Source: an uncultured Bacillota bacterium (GTDB lineage Bacteria; Sysuimicrobiota; Sysuimicrobiia; Sysuimicrobiales; Segetimicrobiaceae). Taken from it: DNA of 64,000 nucleotides. A program made the position numbers and the translations under genes. Positions 52,975 to 64,000 of this stretch are shown piece by piece. The notes under the pieces were generated by a model that was not told the origin of the DNA, made no database searches, and saw only the letters and a program-made list of their open reading frames with translations. Position 1 is the stretch's first letter. Each line of letters opens with the position of its first letter. Location: positions 262,141 through 326,140 of the forward strand of contig CAWBBU010000006.1 in NCBI GenBank assembly GCA_963787105.1, in the 5' to 3' direction.

Positions 52975-53637
52975 ATGAATCTGATTTTCATGGGACCGCC
53001 GGGCGCCGGGAAGGGCACACAGGCGGACGTCTTTCATCGGCAGGACGGGCTGCCGCACGTGTCGACCGGGGAGATCCTCCGGCAGGCGGTGCGGGACGGC
53101 ACCGACGTCGGATGGCGGGCCTTCCAGTTCATGCAGGAGGGCGATCTCGTCCCCGACGAGATCGTGGACCGGATTGTCCAGATCCGCCTCGCGGAGCCGG
53201 ACTGCGCCGAAGGATTCATTCTCGACGGCTACCCCCGGACGATCGGCCAAGCGGAGGCCCTCGACACGTGGCTGGCGCGCGCGGACCGCGGGCTCGACGC
53301 GGTGGTGTTTTTTGAGATCCGCGAGGAGATCCTGCTGCGCCGGCTGACCGGCCGCCGCGTGTGTCCGACGTGCGGATCGATCTACCATCTCGATTATCAT
53401 CCGCCGCGGGAGCCGGGGGCGTGCGACGTCGACGGCGTGGCGCTGATCCAGCGGAAGGACGATATGCTCAGCACGGTCCTCCACCGGCTCGAGGTGTTCC
53501 ACCGCTGGACCGAGCCGTTAGTCGGACATTATCGGAAGCACGGCTTGTTTCTGACCGTGAACGCGGAGCGTCCGGTGCCGGAAGTATACGAAAGCATCCG
53601 TGAGTTTGCGAGATCCCGGACTGCGCGGCCGGGCTAA
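52975..53637 (+). CDS. adk: Adenylate kinase (zinc-lid type)
   Basis: GPPGAGKGTQA P-loop. Lid CPTCGSIYH..ACDVDG. Confidence 0.96.
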   Translation: MNLIFMGPPGAGKGTQADVFHRQDGLPHVSTGEILRQAVRDGTDVGWRAFQFMQEGDLVPDEIVDRIVQIRLAEPDCAEGFILDGYPRTIGQAEALDTWLARADRGLDAVVFFEIREEILLRRLTGRRVCPTCGSIYHLDYHPPREPGACDVDGVALIQRKDDMLSTVLHRLEVFHRWTEPLVGHYRKHGLFLTVNAERPVPEVYESIREFARSRTARPG

Positions 53638-53643
53638 GGGCTG

Positions 53644-54417
53644 ATGGCGACGATGATTGCACTCAAGTCTTCAACGGAGATTGCCGCGATGCGGCGCTCG
53701 TGCCAGGTCGCGGCGCGGGCGCTCAAAGTCGTGGTCGATGGGGTCGTGCCCGGTGTGACGACGCGAGAGCTCGATCGGATCGCGGAGGATCAGATCCGGG
53801 CGCTCGGGGGCGTCCCGTCATTTCTCGGGTACCGCGGCTACCCCGCGAGCCTGTGCGCCTCGGTGGACGATGAGGTCGTCCATGGCATCCCGGGACGGCG
53901 GCGCCTGCGCGAGGGTGAGATCATCAGCCTGGATCTGGGCGCGATCGTCGACGGGTTTCACGGGGACAACGCCGTGACCGTCCCGGTCGGCGAAGTGTCG
54001 GAAGTGGCGGCCCGCCTGCTGCGGGTCGGGGCGGACGCCCTTGAGGCGGGGATCGAGGCCGTGCGTCCCGGCGCGAAGCTCGGGGATGTGGGCGCCGCCA
54101 TCCAGCGGCTCGTCGAGCGGCACGGGTTCTCGGTCGTCCGGGAGTACGCCGGGCACGGCGTTGGCCGCTCGCTGCACGAGGAGCCGCCGATCCCGAATTT
54201 CGGGCGCCCCGGCACCGGAATTCTGCTCAAGCCGGGCATGACGCTCGCGATCGAGCCGATGGTGAACGTGGGCACCCATGAGGTGACCACGGATCCGGAC
54301 GGCTGGACGGTCCGGACGAAGGACGGCAAGCTGTCGGCGCATTTCGAGCATACCGTGGCGGTCACGGAGCACGGGGTCGAGGTCCTGACTAGACTTCCAG
54401 ACGCCGCGTCGGTATAA
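53644..54417 (+). CDS. map: Type I methionine aminopeptidase
   Basis: 257 aa. [24 protein letters not shown] and IEP motifs. Confidence 0.96.
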   Translation: MATMIALKSSTEIAAMRRSCQVAARALKVVVDGVVPGVTTRELDRIAEDQIRALGGVPSFLGYRGYPASLCASVDDEVVHGIPGRRRLREGEIISLDLGAIVDGFHGDNAVTVPVGEVSEVAARLLRVGADALEAGIEAVRPGAKLGDVGAAIQRLVERHGFSVVREYAGHGVGRSLHEEPPIPNFGRPGTGILLKPGMTLAIEPMVNVGTHEVTTDPDGWTVRTKDGKLSAHFEHTVAVTEHGVEVLTRLPDAASV

Positions 54418-54454
54418 TAGTGGCTTGCGGGTGTTATCGCCCGAGGGAGCGTGG

Positions 54455-54673
54455 ATGGCCAAGAAAGATGTGATCGAGGTCGAGGGCACCGTCGTAGAGA
54501 TCCTTCCGAACGCGATGTTTCGGGTGGAATTGGCGAGCGGGCACAAAGTGTTGGCTCATATCTCGGGAAAGATGCGCATCCACTTTATTCGTATTCTGCC
54601 GGGAGACCGCGTGAAGGTCGAGCTTTCGCCGTACGACCCGACGCGCGGACGGATCACGTACCGATTCAGGTAG
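54455..54673 (+). CDS. infA: Translation initiation factor IF-1
   Basis: ATG 54455 follows [33 protein letters not shown]. Confidence 0.96.
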   Translation: MAKKDVIEVEGTVVEILPNAMFRVELASGHKVLAHISGKMRIHFIRILPGDRVKVELSPYDPTRGRITYRFR

Positions 54674-54743
54674 ACCGCCGGACGTGGTCCCGGAGCGCGG
54701 GACGGGCCGGGCGGCGCCGCCGCTGGGCGGCAGGAGGGGTCAG

Positions 54744-54857
54744 ATGAAGGTCAGGGCGTCCGTGAAGCGGATGTGTGAGAAGTGCAAGATCATCAAGCGG
54801 GGTAACCGCGTGATGGTGATCTGTGAGAATCCGAAGCACAAACAGAAGCAGGGGTAG
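54744..54857 (+). CDS. rpmJ: 50S ribosomal protein L36 (bL36)
   Basis: 37-aa ORF below the track cutoff: [45 protein letters not shown] upstream. Confidence 0.93.
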   Translation: MKVRASVKRMCEKCKIIKRGNRVMVICENPKHKQKQG

Positions 54858-54881
54858 TCGGAGACCGCGAGGAGGGGCACG

Positions 54882-55277
54882 ATGGCGCGCATCGCAGGGG
54901 TAGATCTGCCGCGGGACAAGCGCATTGAAGTGGCGCTGACCTATATCTATGGGATCGGGCGCAGCCGCGCCGAGGAGATCCTCCAGATCACCGGCCTCTC
55001 GCCCGACACCCGCGTGCGCAACCTCACGGAGGAGGAAGTGACCCGGCTCCGCGAGGTCATCGACCGCAACTACAAGGTCGAAGGCGATCTGCGCCGCGAT
55101 GTGGCGATGGACATCCGGCGGCTGATCGAGATCGGGAGCTACCGCGGACTGCGGCACCGGCGCGGGCTTCCGGTGCGCGGCCAGCGGACCCGGACCAACG
55201 CGCGGACGCGCAAGGGCCCGAAGAAGACCGTCGGCGCGCGGCGCGCCAAGTCGACGCCGGCCCCGGCCGCGTCGTAA
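54882..55277 (+). CDS. rpsM: 30S ribosomal protein S13 (uS13)
   Basis: 131 aa. [26 protein letters not shown]. Confidence 0.97.
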   Translation: MARIAGVDLPRDKRIEVALTYIYGIGRSRAEEILQITGLSPDTRVRNLTEEEVTRLREVIDRNYKVEGDLRRDVAMDIRRLIEIGSYRGLRHRRGLPVRGQRTRTNARTRKGPKKTVGARRAKSTPAPAAS

Positions 55278-55318
55278 CGGCTGGCTGAGAACGGACTCGC
55301 GGAGTCGAGGAGGACGAA

Positions 55319-55705
55319 ATGGCGAAGGGACCATCCGGGCGGCGTAAAGAGCGGAAGAACGTGCCGGCGGGTATTGCGCATATCCAGTCGACGTTCAATA
55401 ACACCGTGGTCACGATCAGCGACCTCCAGGGCAACGTCCTCGCCTGGTCGAGCGCCGGCACCTCGGGGTTCAAGGGGTCCCGGAAGGGCACCCCGTTTGC
55501 GGCCGGGCTCGCGGCGGAGAACGCGGCGCGCAAAGCCATGGAGCACGGTCTTCGCCAGGTCGAGGTCTACGTGAAGGGGCCAGGATCGGGCCGCGAGGCG
55601 GCGATCCGGTCGCTGCAGACGGCTGGGCTCGAAGTGAACCTCATTAAGGATGTCACACCCATCCCGCACAACGGGTGCCGGCCGCCGAAGCGGCGGCGGG
55701 TGTAA
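55319..55705 (+). CDS. rpsK: 30S ribosomal protein S11 (uS11)
   Basis: 128 aa. [18 protein letters not shown] and [13 protein letters not shown] motifs. Confidence 0.97.
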   Translation: MAKGPSGRRKERKNVPAGIAHIQSTFNNTVVTISDLQGNVLAWSSAGTSGFKGSRKGTPFAAGLAAENAARKAMEHGLRQVEVYVKGPGSGREAAIRSLQTAGLEVNLIKDVTPIPHNGCRPPKRRRV

Positions 55706-55714
55706 GGAGGCATT

Positions 55715-56341
55715 ATGGGACGGTATCACGAGGCGGTATGCCGGCTGTGCCGCCGTGAGGGCATGAAGCTCTATTTGAAGGGCGAGAAGTGCTACACCGA
55801 TAAGTGCCCGGTCGCCAAGGACACCACGCCGCCGGGCATGCATCCGCCGAGCCGGCGGAAGCCGTCGGACTTTGCGATCCGCCTGCGGGAGAAGCAGCGG
55901 CTGCGCCGGTTCTACGGCGTGTACGAAGGGCAGTTCAAGCGCTACTTCGTCACGGCGTCGCGCGCGACCGGCGTGACCGGTACCCGCCTCCTGCAGCTCC
56001 TGGAGAGCCGTCTCGATAACCTTGTCTACCGGCTCGGGCTGGCCCCGAGCCGCAAGGCGGCGCGGCAGCTCGTCGCGCACGGGCACATCACGGTCGACGG
56101 CCGCAAACTGTCCGTCCCGGCGGCGCTGATCAAGCCGGGGGCGACGATCGCGGTCGCCGAGGGCAGCCGGACCCTGCCGCAGTTCAAGGCGCTCGCGGGG
56201 ACCCCGCCGGCGCGTGGGCTGCCCGCGTGGCTCGAATATCATCCGGACCAGCTGTCGGGCCGCATGCTGACCTGGCCGGCCCGGGAAGATATCGACGCGC
56301 CGGTGCACGAGCAACTGATCATCGAATACTACTCGCGGTAG
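55715..56341 (+). CDS. rpsD: 30S ribosomal protein S4 (uS4)
   Basis: 208 aa. [26 protein letters not shown]. Confidence 0.97.
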   Translation: MGRYHEAVCRLCRREGMKLYLKGEKCYTDKCPVAKDTTPPGMHPPSRRKPSDFAIRLREKQRLRRFYGVYEGQFKRYFVTASRATGVTGTRLLQLLESRLDNLVYRLGLAPSRKAARQLVAHGHITVDGRKLSVPAALIKPGATIAVAEGSRTLPQFKALAGTPPARGLPAWLEYHPDQLSGRMLTWPAREDIDAPVHEQLIIEYYSR

Positions 56342-56361
56342 TGGTGGAGGGATTGGTCGAA

Positions 56362-57357
56362 ATGGCAATGGACGAGCAAACATTGGCCGCGTTGCGTGTT
56401 CCCCAGAGGGGGTTGACGGGCGTGTGGGAGATTACGAAACCAAAGATCGAGTACGCGGAACTGTCCGACACCTATGGGAAGTTTGTCGTGGAGCCGCTCG
56501 ACCGCGGGTTCGGCGTGACGCTGGGCAACGCCCTGCGCCGGGTCCTGCTGTCATCGATTCCCGGGGCCGCGGTCACGTCGGTCAAGATCGAGAACGTGCT
56601 GCATGAGTTCTCCACGATCGCCGGTGTGGTTGAGGATGTGACGCAGCTCATCCTGAACCTGAAAGAGCTGTCGTTCAAACTGCACAGCGACAAGCCGAAG
56701 CTGCTGCGGCTGGATGTGAAGGGGAAGCGCGACGTCACGGCGGGTGACCTGCAGCCCGACGCCGAGGTCGAGATCCTGAACCCGGACCTGCACATCGCCA
56801 CGCTCGACGGAAAGAACGCGCACCTTGTCATGGAGCTGGTGGTCGAGCGCGGGAAGGGCTATGTGCCGGTCGAGCGCCACCGCAAGAGCGAGCACGTGAT
56901 CGGCGTGATTCCGGTGGACTCGGTGTTCTCGCCGATCCAGAAGGTCAACTACACGATTGAGGACACCCGGGTCGGGCACGCCACGGATTTCGACCGGCTC
57001 GTGTTCGAAGTGTGGACCGACGGCAGCATCCGTCCCGAGGAGGCGCTCCAGGAGTCGGCGCGCCTGTTGATCGACTACTTCCGGCTGTTTCTCGGGACCG
57101 CGGCGGGCGCGGAGGTACCGGTCGGGCCGCAGACCGATGAGACGAACAAGCTCGCCACGATGCCGATCGAAGAGCTGGACCTGTCGGTGCGGCCGTACAA
57201 CTGCCTGAAGCGCGCCGGGATCAATACCCTCGGCGACCTGCTGCAGCGCACCGAGGACGAAGTCGTGAACGTGAAGAACTTCGGACGGAAGTCGCTCGAC
57301 GAGGTGAAGGAGAAGCTTGCGGCGCTCGGCCTCGAACTGCGCCGGAGGGGCGCCTGA
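56362..57357 (+). CDS. rpoA: DNA-directed RNA polymerase alpha subunit
   Basis: [31 protein letters not shown] 56362 follows GGAGGG. A shorter GTG start at 56423 is also possible. Confidence 0.95.
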   Translation: MAMDEQTLAALRVPQRGLTGVWEITKPKIEYAELSDTYGKFVVEPLDRGFGVTLGNALRRVLLSSIPGAAVTSVKIENVLHEFSTIAGVVEDVTQLILNLKELSFKLHSDKPKLLRLDVKGKRDVTAGDLQPDAEVEILNPDLHIATLDGKNAHLVMELVVERGKGYVPVERHRKSEHVIGVIPVDSVFSPIQKVNYTIEDTRVGHATDFDRLVFEVWTDGSIRPEEALQESARLLIDYFRLFLGTAAGAEVPVGPQTDETNKLATMPIEELDLSVRPYNCLKRAGINTLGDLLQRTEDEVVNVKNFGRKSLDEVKEKLAALGLELRRRGA

Positions 57358-57713
57358 TGGGATCGCTCGGACAGCGGGGCCGACGGCTTGGGCGCGACAC
57401 CGGCGCGCGGACCGCGCTGTTCCGCGGGCTGCTCGCGTCGCTGATCGTGTACGAGCGCATTTCCACGACCGAGAGTAAGGCCAAGGAGACCAAGAAAGTC
57501 GCCGACCGGATGATCGATCTGGCGCTGCAGAACGACCTCGCCGCCCGGCGTCAGATCGCGAAGCTGATTCCAGACCGGACGATTCTGCGGCGGTTGTTTA
57601 CGACGATCGCGCCGCGCTATCAAAAGGGACGAGGCGGGTACACCCGGATCGTGCGCACCGGAATGCGGCGCGGCGACGCCGCCCCGATGGCGCTGCTCGA
57701 GTTGCTGAAGTAG
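57357..57713 (+). CDS. rplQ: 50S ribosomal protein L17 (bL17)
   Basis: 118 aa. LGRDTGARTALFRGLLASLIVYERISTT. Confidence 0.96.
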   Translation: MGSLGQRGRRLGRDTGARTALFRGLLASLIVYERISTTESKAKETKKVADRMIDLALQNDLAARRQIAKLIPDRTILRRLFTTIAPRYQKGRGGYTRIVRTGMRRGDAAPMALLELLK

Positions 57714-57745
57714 TTCCCGGGCCCCCGCCGGGGCACCGTCTCCCG

Positions 57746-58675
57746 ATGGCCTCCGCAGCCCCCGCGCTCATTCGAGTCCGGGGGCTGCATCATACCTACC
57801 AGGCCGGCACCCCGCAGGCGGTCCCCGCGCTGCGCGGGATCGATCTCGACATCTTCCCGGGGGAGTGCCTCGCGATCGTCGGCGGCAACGGGTCGGGCAA
57901 AAGCACCCTCGCCAGGCACCTGAACGCGCTCTTGCTGCCGACGGACGGGGACGTCGTGGTGGATGGGTTCGACACGCGGGACGCGGATGCGGTATGGGAA
58001 GTGCGGCGGCGCGTCGGCATGATCTTCGAACAGCCCGACGACCAGATCGTGGCCGCGGTCGTGGAGGAAGACGTCGCGTTCGGCTGCGAGAATCTCGGCG
58101 TGCCGTCGGCGGAGATCCGCCTGCGCGTCGACGCGGCGCTGCGGACCGTGGGTCTCGAGCCGCTGCGCCGCCGCCCGCCTCACCTCCTCTCCGGCGGCCA
58201 AAAGCAGCGGGTGGCCATCGCCGGCGTCCTCGCGATGCGGCCGCGCTGTCTCGTCCTGGATGAAGCCACGTCGATGCTCGATCCCCACGGGCAGCGGGAG
58301 GTCATGGACACGGCGCTCGCGCTGTGCCGCAACGAGGGGCTCACCGTGGTGCTGATCACGCATGCGATGGAGGAGGCGGCCCTCGCGGACCGGGTTGTGG
58401 TGCTCGCCGAGGGGCGGGTGGCGCTCGAGGGCACGCCTGCGGATGTGTTCGCGCGTGAGGACGCGCTGCGCGCGCTCCGGCTTGAGCCCCCGGAGGTCAC
58501 GCAGCTCGGGCGTCGGCTCGTGGACGGAGGACTCCCGCTCCCGGGCGGCCTGCTGACGGTCGAGGCGCTCGTCGATGCGGTCGCCGCGCTGCGCGGTGCC
58601 ATCCCCCCGCTGCGCCCGCGGTCCGGCGGTACGGGGAGGCGGGACGGCCGGCCGCGTCGGCAGGCGGGCGCCCCG
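57746..58675 (+). CDS. ecfA1: ECF transporter ATPase EcfA1 (no stop codon before EcfA2 as assembled)
   Basis: Walker A GGNGSGKST, signature LSGGQKQRVAIAG, Walker B LVLDEATS. Runs in frame through an Arg/Gly-rich linker into the next ATPase. Confidence 0.85.
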
Positions 58676-59540
58676 ATGCTCCGGTGCGACGGCGTGTCCT
58701 ACGTGTACCAGCGCGGCACACCGCTCGAGGCGGCCGCGCTCGCCGACGTCTCCGTGGAGATTCGGGCGGGGGAGATCGTGGGGCTGATCGGCGCGAGCGG
58801 CTCGGGGAAGTCCACGCTCGCCCAGCATCTCAACGGCCTGCTCCGCCCCACGCGCGGCCGCGTCTACCTGGATGACGTGGATATCCAGGCGAAGGAGGTC
58901 GACCGGCGGCGGGTCCACCAGCAGATCGGCCTCTTGTTTCAATACCCGGAGCAGCAGCTGTTCGAGGAGACCGTGAGCCAGGATGTCGCGTTCGGGCCGC
59001 GAAACCTCGGCATCGACGAGGCGGCGATCCACGACCGCGTGGCGCGTGCGCTCGATCCATGTGGGCCTCGATCCCGTGGTCTTCGGCCCGCGCTCCCCGT
59101 TCACGCTGAGCAACGGCCAGAAGCGGCGTGCCGCGCTCGCCGGGCTGCTCGCGATGGAGCCGCGGATGCTGATTCTTGACGAACCGACGGCGGGGTTGGA
59201 CCCACAGGGTCGTCGCGAGATTCTGGACCACGTCGTCCGGCTGCGCGACACGCGGGGACTCACGATCGTGCTGATCTCGCACAGCATGGACGCGGTCGCG
59301 CGCCTGTGCGACCGGCTGATCGTGATGGACCAGGGGCGCGTCGTCGCCGATGGGCCGATCCGCGACGTGTTCAGCGACTCCGACCGGCTCGCCGCGCTCG
59401 GCCTCGGACTTCCGCAGGTGACGCAGTGTGCGCGGCTCCTGCGGGAGCGGGGTGTTTCCGTCCGTCCGGACGTCCTGACCGTCAGCGAGGCCCGGGGGGC
59501 GATTTTGGATGCCTTCGCCGGCGAGCGGGCGGGAGGGTAG
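58676..59540 (+). pseudogene. ecfA2: ECF transporter ATPase EcfA2, frameshifted as assembled
   Basis: MLRCDGVSYVYQ..GASGSGKST in the EcfA1 frame. HVGLDP..LSNGQKRRAALAG..ILDEPTAGLD in frame +1. One extra C at about 59057. Confidence 0.85.
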
Positions 59541-59545
59541 GTCCC

Positions 59546-60361
59546 GTGGAGCTCCTGCGCGGTCTCTCGTTCGGGCAGTACCTGGCGGTGGAGTCGCCCG
59601 TCCACCGGCTCGATCCGCGGACCAAGATCGTGGCGGCGGTCGTCCTGGTCGCCGTGGTGTTCGCGACGCGCTCGGCGGCCGGGCTCGCGTGGCTGACCGT
59701 GGTCCTGGGAGCGATCCTGCTCGCGGCGCGGATTCCCGCCGGCTACGCGCTCCGCGGGCTTCGGCCGGTGTTTTGGCTGGTGGGGATCGCGGTCGTGTTC
59801 CAGGTGCTGTTCGGGGAGCCCGGCGGGCACCCGCTGTTCCATCGCGGTCCCTTCGTCATCACCCGCGAAAACCTGAATCTCGGCCTGTTCTACGGGTACC
59901 GGCTGCTCTTGCTGGTGGCGTCAACGTCACTGATGACGTACACGACGTCCCCGGTCGAGATGACGGACGGCCTCGAACGCCTGCTGCGGCCGCTCCAGCG
60001 CGTGGGCGTCGCGACCCACGAGTTCGCCCTGATGATGACCATCGCGCTGCGATTCATCCCGACGCTCGTCGAGGAGACCGACAAGATCATGAAGGCCCAG
60101 ATCGCCCGCGGCGCGGAGTTCTCCCGGGGCAGCCCCATGCGCCGCGCACGGGCGTTTCTGCCGCTCCTCGTGCCGCTGTTCGTCGGGGCGTTCCGCCGCG
60201 CCGAGGCCCTTGCGCTCGCGATGGAGGCCCGGTGCTACCGCGGCGGTGAACATCGGACGCGCATGAAGGAGCTCCACTTCGGCGCGCGCGACTGGGTGGC
60301 GGGCGTGCTGTTGGCCGCCGCGTCGATCGTGGCGCTCGGGCCGGCGCGGTGGTGGCGGTGA
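59546..60361 (+). CDS. ecfT: ECF transporter transmembrane component EcfT
   Basis: GTG 59546 sits 8 nt after GGGAGGG. SPVHRLDPRTKIV start. Polytopic. ARGAEF motif region. Confidence 0.88.
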   Translation: MELLRGLSFGQYLAVESPVHRLDPRTKIVAAVVLVAVVFATRSAAGLAWLTVVLGAILLAARIPAGYALRGLRPVFWLVGIAVVFQVLFGEPGGHPLFHRGPFVITRENLNLGLFYGYRLLLLVASTSLMTYTTSPVEMTDGLERLLRPLQRVGVATHEFALMMTIALRFIPTLVEETDKIMKAQIARGAEFSRGSPMRRARAFLPLLVPLFVGAFRRAEALALAMEARCYRGGEHRTRMKELHFGARDWVAGVLLAAASIVALGPARWWR

Positions 60362-61179
60362 CCGGGGACCGGGGGCAGGCTGAGGCGGCGGCGCCGCGGG
60401 CGAGGCCGGGGCGGACGCTTCGGCTGCTCATCGAATACGATGGGACGGGGTACTGCGGCTGGCAGCGTCAGGACACGGCGATCGCGCGGGCCCCATCCGT
60501 CCAGGCCACGCTCGAGGCCGCCGCGCGCGAGATCACGGGCGAGCCGGGCGAGATCGTGGCGGCCGGCCGGACCGACGCGGGCGTCCACGCGTGGGGGCAG
60601 GCCGCGCACCTCGTGACGTCGAGCCGGATCCCGGCCGCGCGATTTCCGGGGGCGTTCAACGCGCATCTGCCGGAGGACATCCGGGTGCTGGAGGCGCGCG
60701 ACATGCCCGAGGGATTTCACGCGCGGTTCGACGCGATCGGTCGGACGTACCGGTACGAAGTGCTGAACCGGCTGGCGCCGTCGGCACTGCTGCGCCACCG
60801 CGCCCACCACGTGTCCGAGCCGCTCGACGTCGAGGCGATGCGGCAGGCGCTCGGGGGGCTCCTCGGGCGCCATGACTTCTCGGCCTACTCCGGGGCGGGC
60901 AGTGAGCCGAAGACGACCGTCTGCCACGTGCGGGAGGCCGCGTGGCAGCGGCACGGTGATCGGGTCGTGCTTGAGATCGCCGCGGACCACTTCCTCCGGC
61001 ACATGGTGCGGATGCTGGTCGGAACGCTCCTGCGGGTCGGGCGAGGCCGTCTGCCGGTCGAGGCCCCGGCGGCCTTTGTCGAGGACGCGGACAACTCGCG
61101 AACCGGACCGACCGCACCGGCCCACGGCCTGTATCTCATGCGGGTCGAGTATCGAGACGAGGCGGCGACGGTCCGGTAG
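60349..61179 (+). CDS. truA: tRNA pseudouridine(38-40) synthase TruA
   Basis: LLIEYDGTGYCGWQRQ and the catalytic GRTDAGVHA motif. The start may be GTG 60358 (GTGA overlap with ecfT). Confidence 0.92.
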   Translation: MVAVTGDRGQAEAAAPRARPGRTLRLLIEYDGTGYCGWQRQDTAIARAPSVQATLEAAAREITGEPGEIVAAGRTDAGVHAWGQAAHLVTSSRIPAARFPGAFNAHLPEDIRVLEARDMPEGFHARFDAIGRTYRYEVLNRLAPSALLRHRAHHVSEPLDVEAMRQALGGLLGRHDFSAYSGAGSEPKTTVCHVREAAWQRHGDRVVLEIAADHFLRHMVRMLVGTLLRVGRGRLPVEAPAAFVEDADNSRTGPTAPAHGLYLMRVEYRDEAATVR

Positions 61180-61199
61180 CCCGCCGCCCGGGGCCGGTC

Positions 61200-64000
61200 T
61201 TACTGGGCCGGCGGCTGCGCGTACGGGACGAGTTCGTGGCCGGTGCCGGGACGCGGCGCGTCCCCGTTGTCGGCCGGCGGTCCTTGTGCGCCCCCCGGCG
61301 TCCGCCGCGACGGACGCGTGAGCCGCATATAGACGATCGGGATCACGACGAGCGAGAGCAGGAGCGAGCTGAGCAGCCCTCCGATCACGACCACGCCGAG
61401 CGGCGCGCGCTGCGATCCGCCCGCCTCCAAGCCGAGCGCCATCGGCAGCATCCCAAAGACCATGGCACAGGTCGTCATGACAATCGGCCGGAAGCGCTCT
61501 TGGGCCGCCTCCCGGATCGCCGCGAGACGCTCCAGCCCGCGCGCCCGGGCCTGATTGGCGAAGTCGACGAGCAGGATGCCGTTCTTCGAGACCAACCCGA
61601 TCAGCAGGACCGTGCCGAGGAGCGAGTACAGGTTCAGGGTATTGCGCGTGATCGCGAGCGCCCCGAGCGCCCCGACCGCGGCGAGCGGGACCGTGAACAT
61701 GATGATGAGCGGCGACACATAGTTATTGAACAGCGCGACCATCAGGATGTACACGAGACACATCGACAGGATCAGCGCGCCGCCGATGCCCGTGATCGTG
61801 TCGATGAGGTTCGCCTGGTTGCCATTGGGATTGGGCGCGATGCTCACGTGTGCCGGTAAATGCAGCGCCCGGAGGCGGGTGGCGAAGGCCTTCTCGACCG
61901 CGGACAGCGCCACGCCCGGCGCGACGTTCGCCGTGACGTGCACCACGTCGCGCTGGTTCACACGCGTGATGATCGGCGGCCCTTGGATGTACTGGAGGGC
62001 GGCGATGTCCCCGACATGGACCGTCCCGCCCGAGTTCGTGCTCAGGGGGATGGCGAGCACCGGCGCGAGCGAATGCTGGAACGCGAGCGGGTAGATCACT
62101 TGCACATCCTCGACCCCGGACGGGGTCTGGTACTGCGTCGCCTGGGTCCCGCCGAACGCCGCCTGCACCGCCTGGGCCGCGGTGCCGATGTTCACGTTCA
62201 GGGCCTGCGCCTCCGTGCGGTTGAACGTGATGTTGACCTCGGGCGCGAGCGTGCTGGCCGAGCTGTACACGTTGGTCGCCCCGGGCGTGTTCCGCAGCGC
62301 CGCCACCACGGCGGGCGCGTACTGCTCGGGCTGGTCGGCCGAGTCGGTGATGATGTAGTCGATCGGCTGCTGGACGCCTCCGTTGAGCGTGGTCGCCGGG
62401 ATGACGAGCGGCTGGGCGTCCGGCACGAGGGACTCCACCTCGCCGCGAAACTGCTGCACCCAATAGTCCGTGGAATGCGCCCGGTTCGCCTTGAGGAACA
62501 CCAACACCTGGCCCACGTTGCCGTTGTTCAGCTGGCCGCCGAGCGGAGAATTCGCGGTACCGGCCGTGGCCGTTTCTGCCGCGACGTCGGGTGACTGATC
62601 CACCGCGCGCTCGACCCGGAGGACCGCGTCGCGCGTCTCCGCGAGGGGCGTGCCCGTCGGGTAGTTGAGCTGGATCGAGATCTGCCCGTAGTCGACCGAC
62701 GGGGTGAACTCGAACCCGAGGAGGCCGGTCGGGAGCAGCGCCAGCGCGGCCGCGAGAGATCCGGCCGCGATGGCGAACACGCGGAGCGGCCGCGCCATCG
62801 CCGCCGGCAGCAGCCGGTCGACGTACCATTGGCGGACTCTCTCGAATCCGTTGCCGAACATCTCGACCGGCCTGGGCGCGTGCCAGCCGCGGAGGAGCGC
62901 CCAGTTGCCTGCCAGCGACGGCGTGATCGTGAACGACATGAGCAGGGACGTGAGGGTCGAGATCACGACGACCAGCGCGAACTCGCTGAGGAACCGTCCG
63001 ACGATGCCCGGCAGGAACGCGATCGGCAAGAAGACGATCACGTCGACGAGGGTCAGCACGACCGCGGCAAAACCGATCTCCAGGCGGCCGCTGAGCGCGG
63101 CGGCTTTCGGCGGCTGGTGGAGCTGCCGGTGATGCCGCTCGATATTCTCCAGCACGACGATGGAGTCGTCGACCAGGATGCCGATCACGAGCGTCATCGC
63201 CATCAGCGACACGGTGTCGAGCGTGAATCCCGACGAGGTTCATGACGCCGAGGGTGACGAGCAGCGACGCCGGCATCGAGATCAGGACGACCGTGGCGCT
63301 GCGCCACGACCGGAGGAAGAGAATCATGACGATGGCGACGAGCAGAATGCCCTCGAGCAGCGTGTGCACCACGCCCGTCAGCTGCTGGGTCGTGTTCGCG
63401 GCTTGGTCGTTGACGAGACGGAACGTGACGCCGCGGTACTGCTGCCGCAGGCGGGGCAGCAGCTTGATGACGCCGTTGGCGGTGGCGACGTCGCTCGCGT
63501 CCGCAGACTTTTGGACCTGGAGCGTGATCGTGGGCTGCGCCGTGGCTGAACGCGTAACTGCGCTGCGGTTCGAACGCGTCGGTCACGCTGGCGACGTCGC
63601 TGACCCGCGCGACCGCCGGCGCGGTGCTCCAGGGGTTGAGATTGTCCGTTGCCGCCACGTTCGTTGAGGCCGCGAGCGTCGGCACCGGCAGATTCGCGAC
63701 CGACGCGACGCCGGTGATGTCACCGCGGACGTTGACCGTCGTTTCGCGGCCGGAGCCGTAGACAATCCCGCCCGGCGCGAGGACGTTGTTGCCGCTGATC
63801 GAGCCGATGACCTGGTTCAGCGTCGCGCCGGCCGCGGCAAGCGCGTCTGGGTTGACCTGTACCTCAATCGCCGGGGTGACGTTGCCGCTCGCGGTCGACG
63901 TTCCCGACGCCGGGCGATTGTTCGATCGTCGGCTCGATCTGACTGGTGACGAGCTGGGAGAGCTGCCCTGCGGCCATCTGCGGCGCCGACACCGCGAGGG
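61200..64000 (-). pseudogene. RND (AcrB/HAE1-like) efflux transporter, 5' end beyond the window, three frame breaks as assembled
   Basis: The family-typical sequence continues across ORF boundaries at about 63228 (..NLVG/FTLDTVSLMAMTL..), about 63538 (..FSHG/QPTITLQVQK..) and about 63893 (..GVGNVD/ASGNVTPAIEV..). C-terminus at 61200. Confidence 0.85.

Overview
High-GC (about 65-70% by eye) bacterial chromosome segment. It is dominated by the core transcription/translation supercluster in a Bacillota-like order: tRNA-Thr, tuf, rpmG, tRNA-Trp, a 3.8-kb insert, secE, nusG, rplK-rplA-rplJ-rplL, rpoB-rpoC, an L7Ae/YbxF-like gene, rpsL-rpsG-fusA, a second tuf, the S10/spc/alpha operons, rplQ, ecfA1-ecfA2-ecfT and truA. 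A convergent RND efflux gene runs off the right edge.

The left third is accessory:
- a PAS-GAF-HD-GYP-GAF-GGDEF signalling protein;
- tRNA-Leu followed by a lower-GC 2.2-kb islet of secreted or membrane proteins of unknown family;
- a deazaflavin-type nitroreductase and ftsH;
- a translationally coupled SorC-regulated operon: SAF-domain NAD oxidoreductase, E1alpha/E1beta/E2 without E3, and a Zn-ribbon/TIM-barrel protein. An AfuA-type ABC importer and a convergent HAD phosphatase follow it.

I found no rRNA, CRISPR array, transposase, integrase or recognisable defence system, so I cannot point to a clear novel system. The best candidates are the SorC/E1-E2/TIM-barrel/importer locus (uncharacterised catabolic route) and the tRNA-Leu islet with its three-gene secreted module.

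A technical or biological oddity runs through the window. At least nine single-nucleotide frame disruptions hit accessory genes and the second tuf copy. None hits rpoBC, fusA or the ribosomal-protein genes, apart from a possible one in the rplJ tail.

All calls rest on reading the ORF-track proteins and the DNA by eye. No database search was run.
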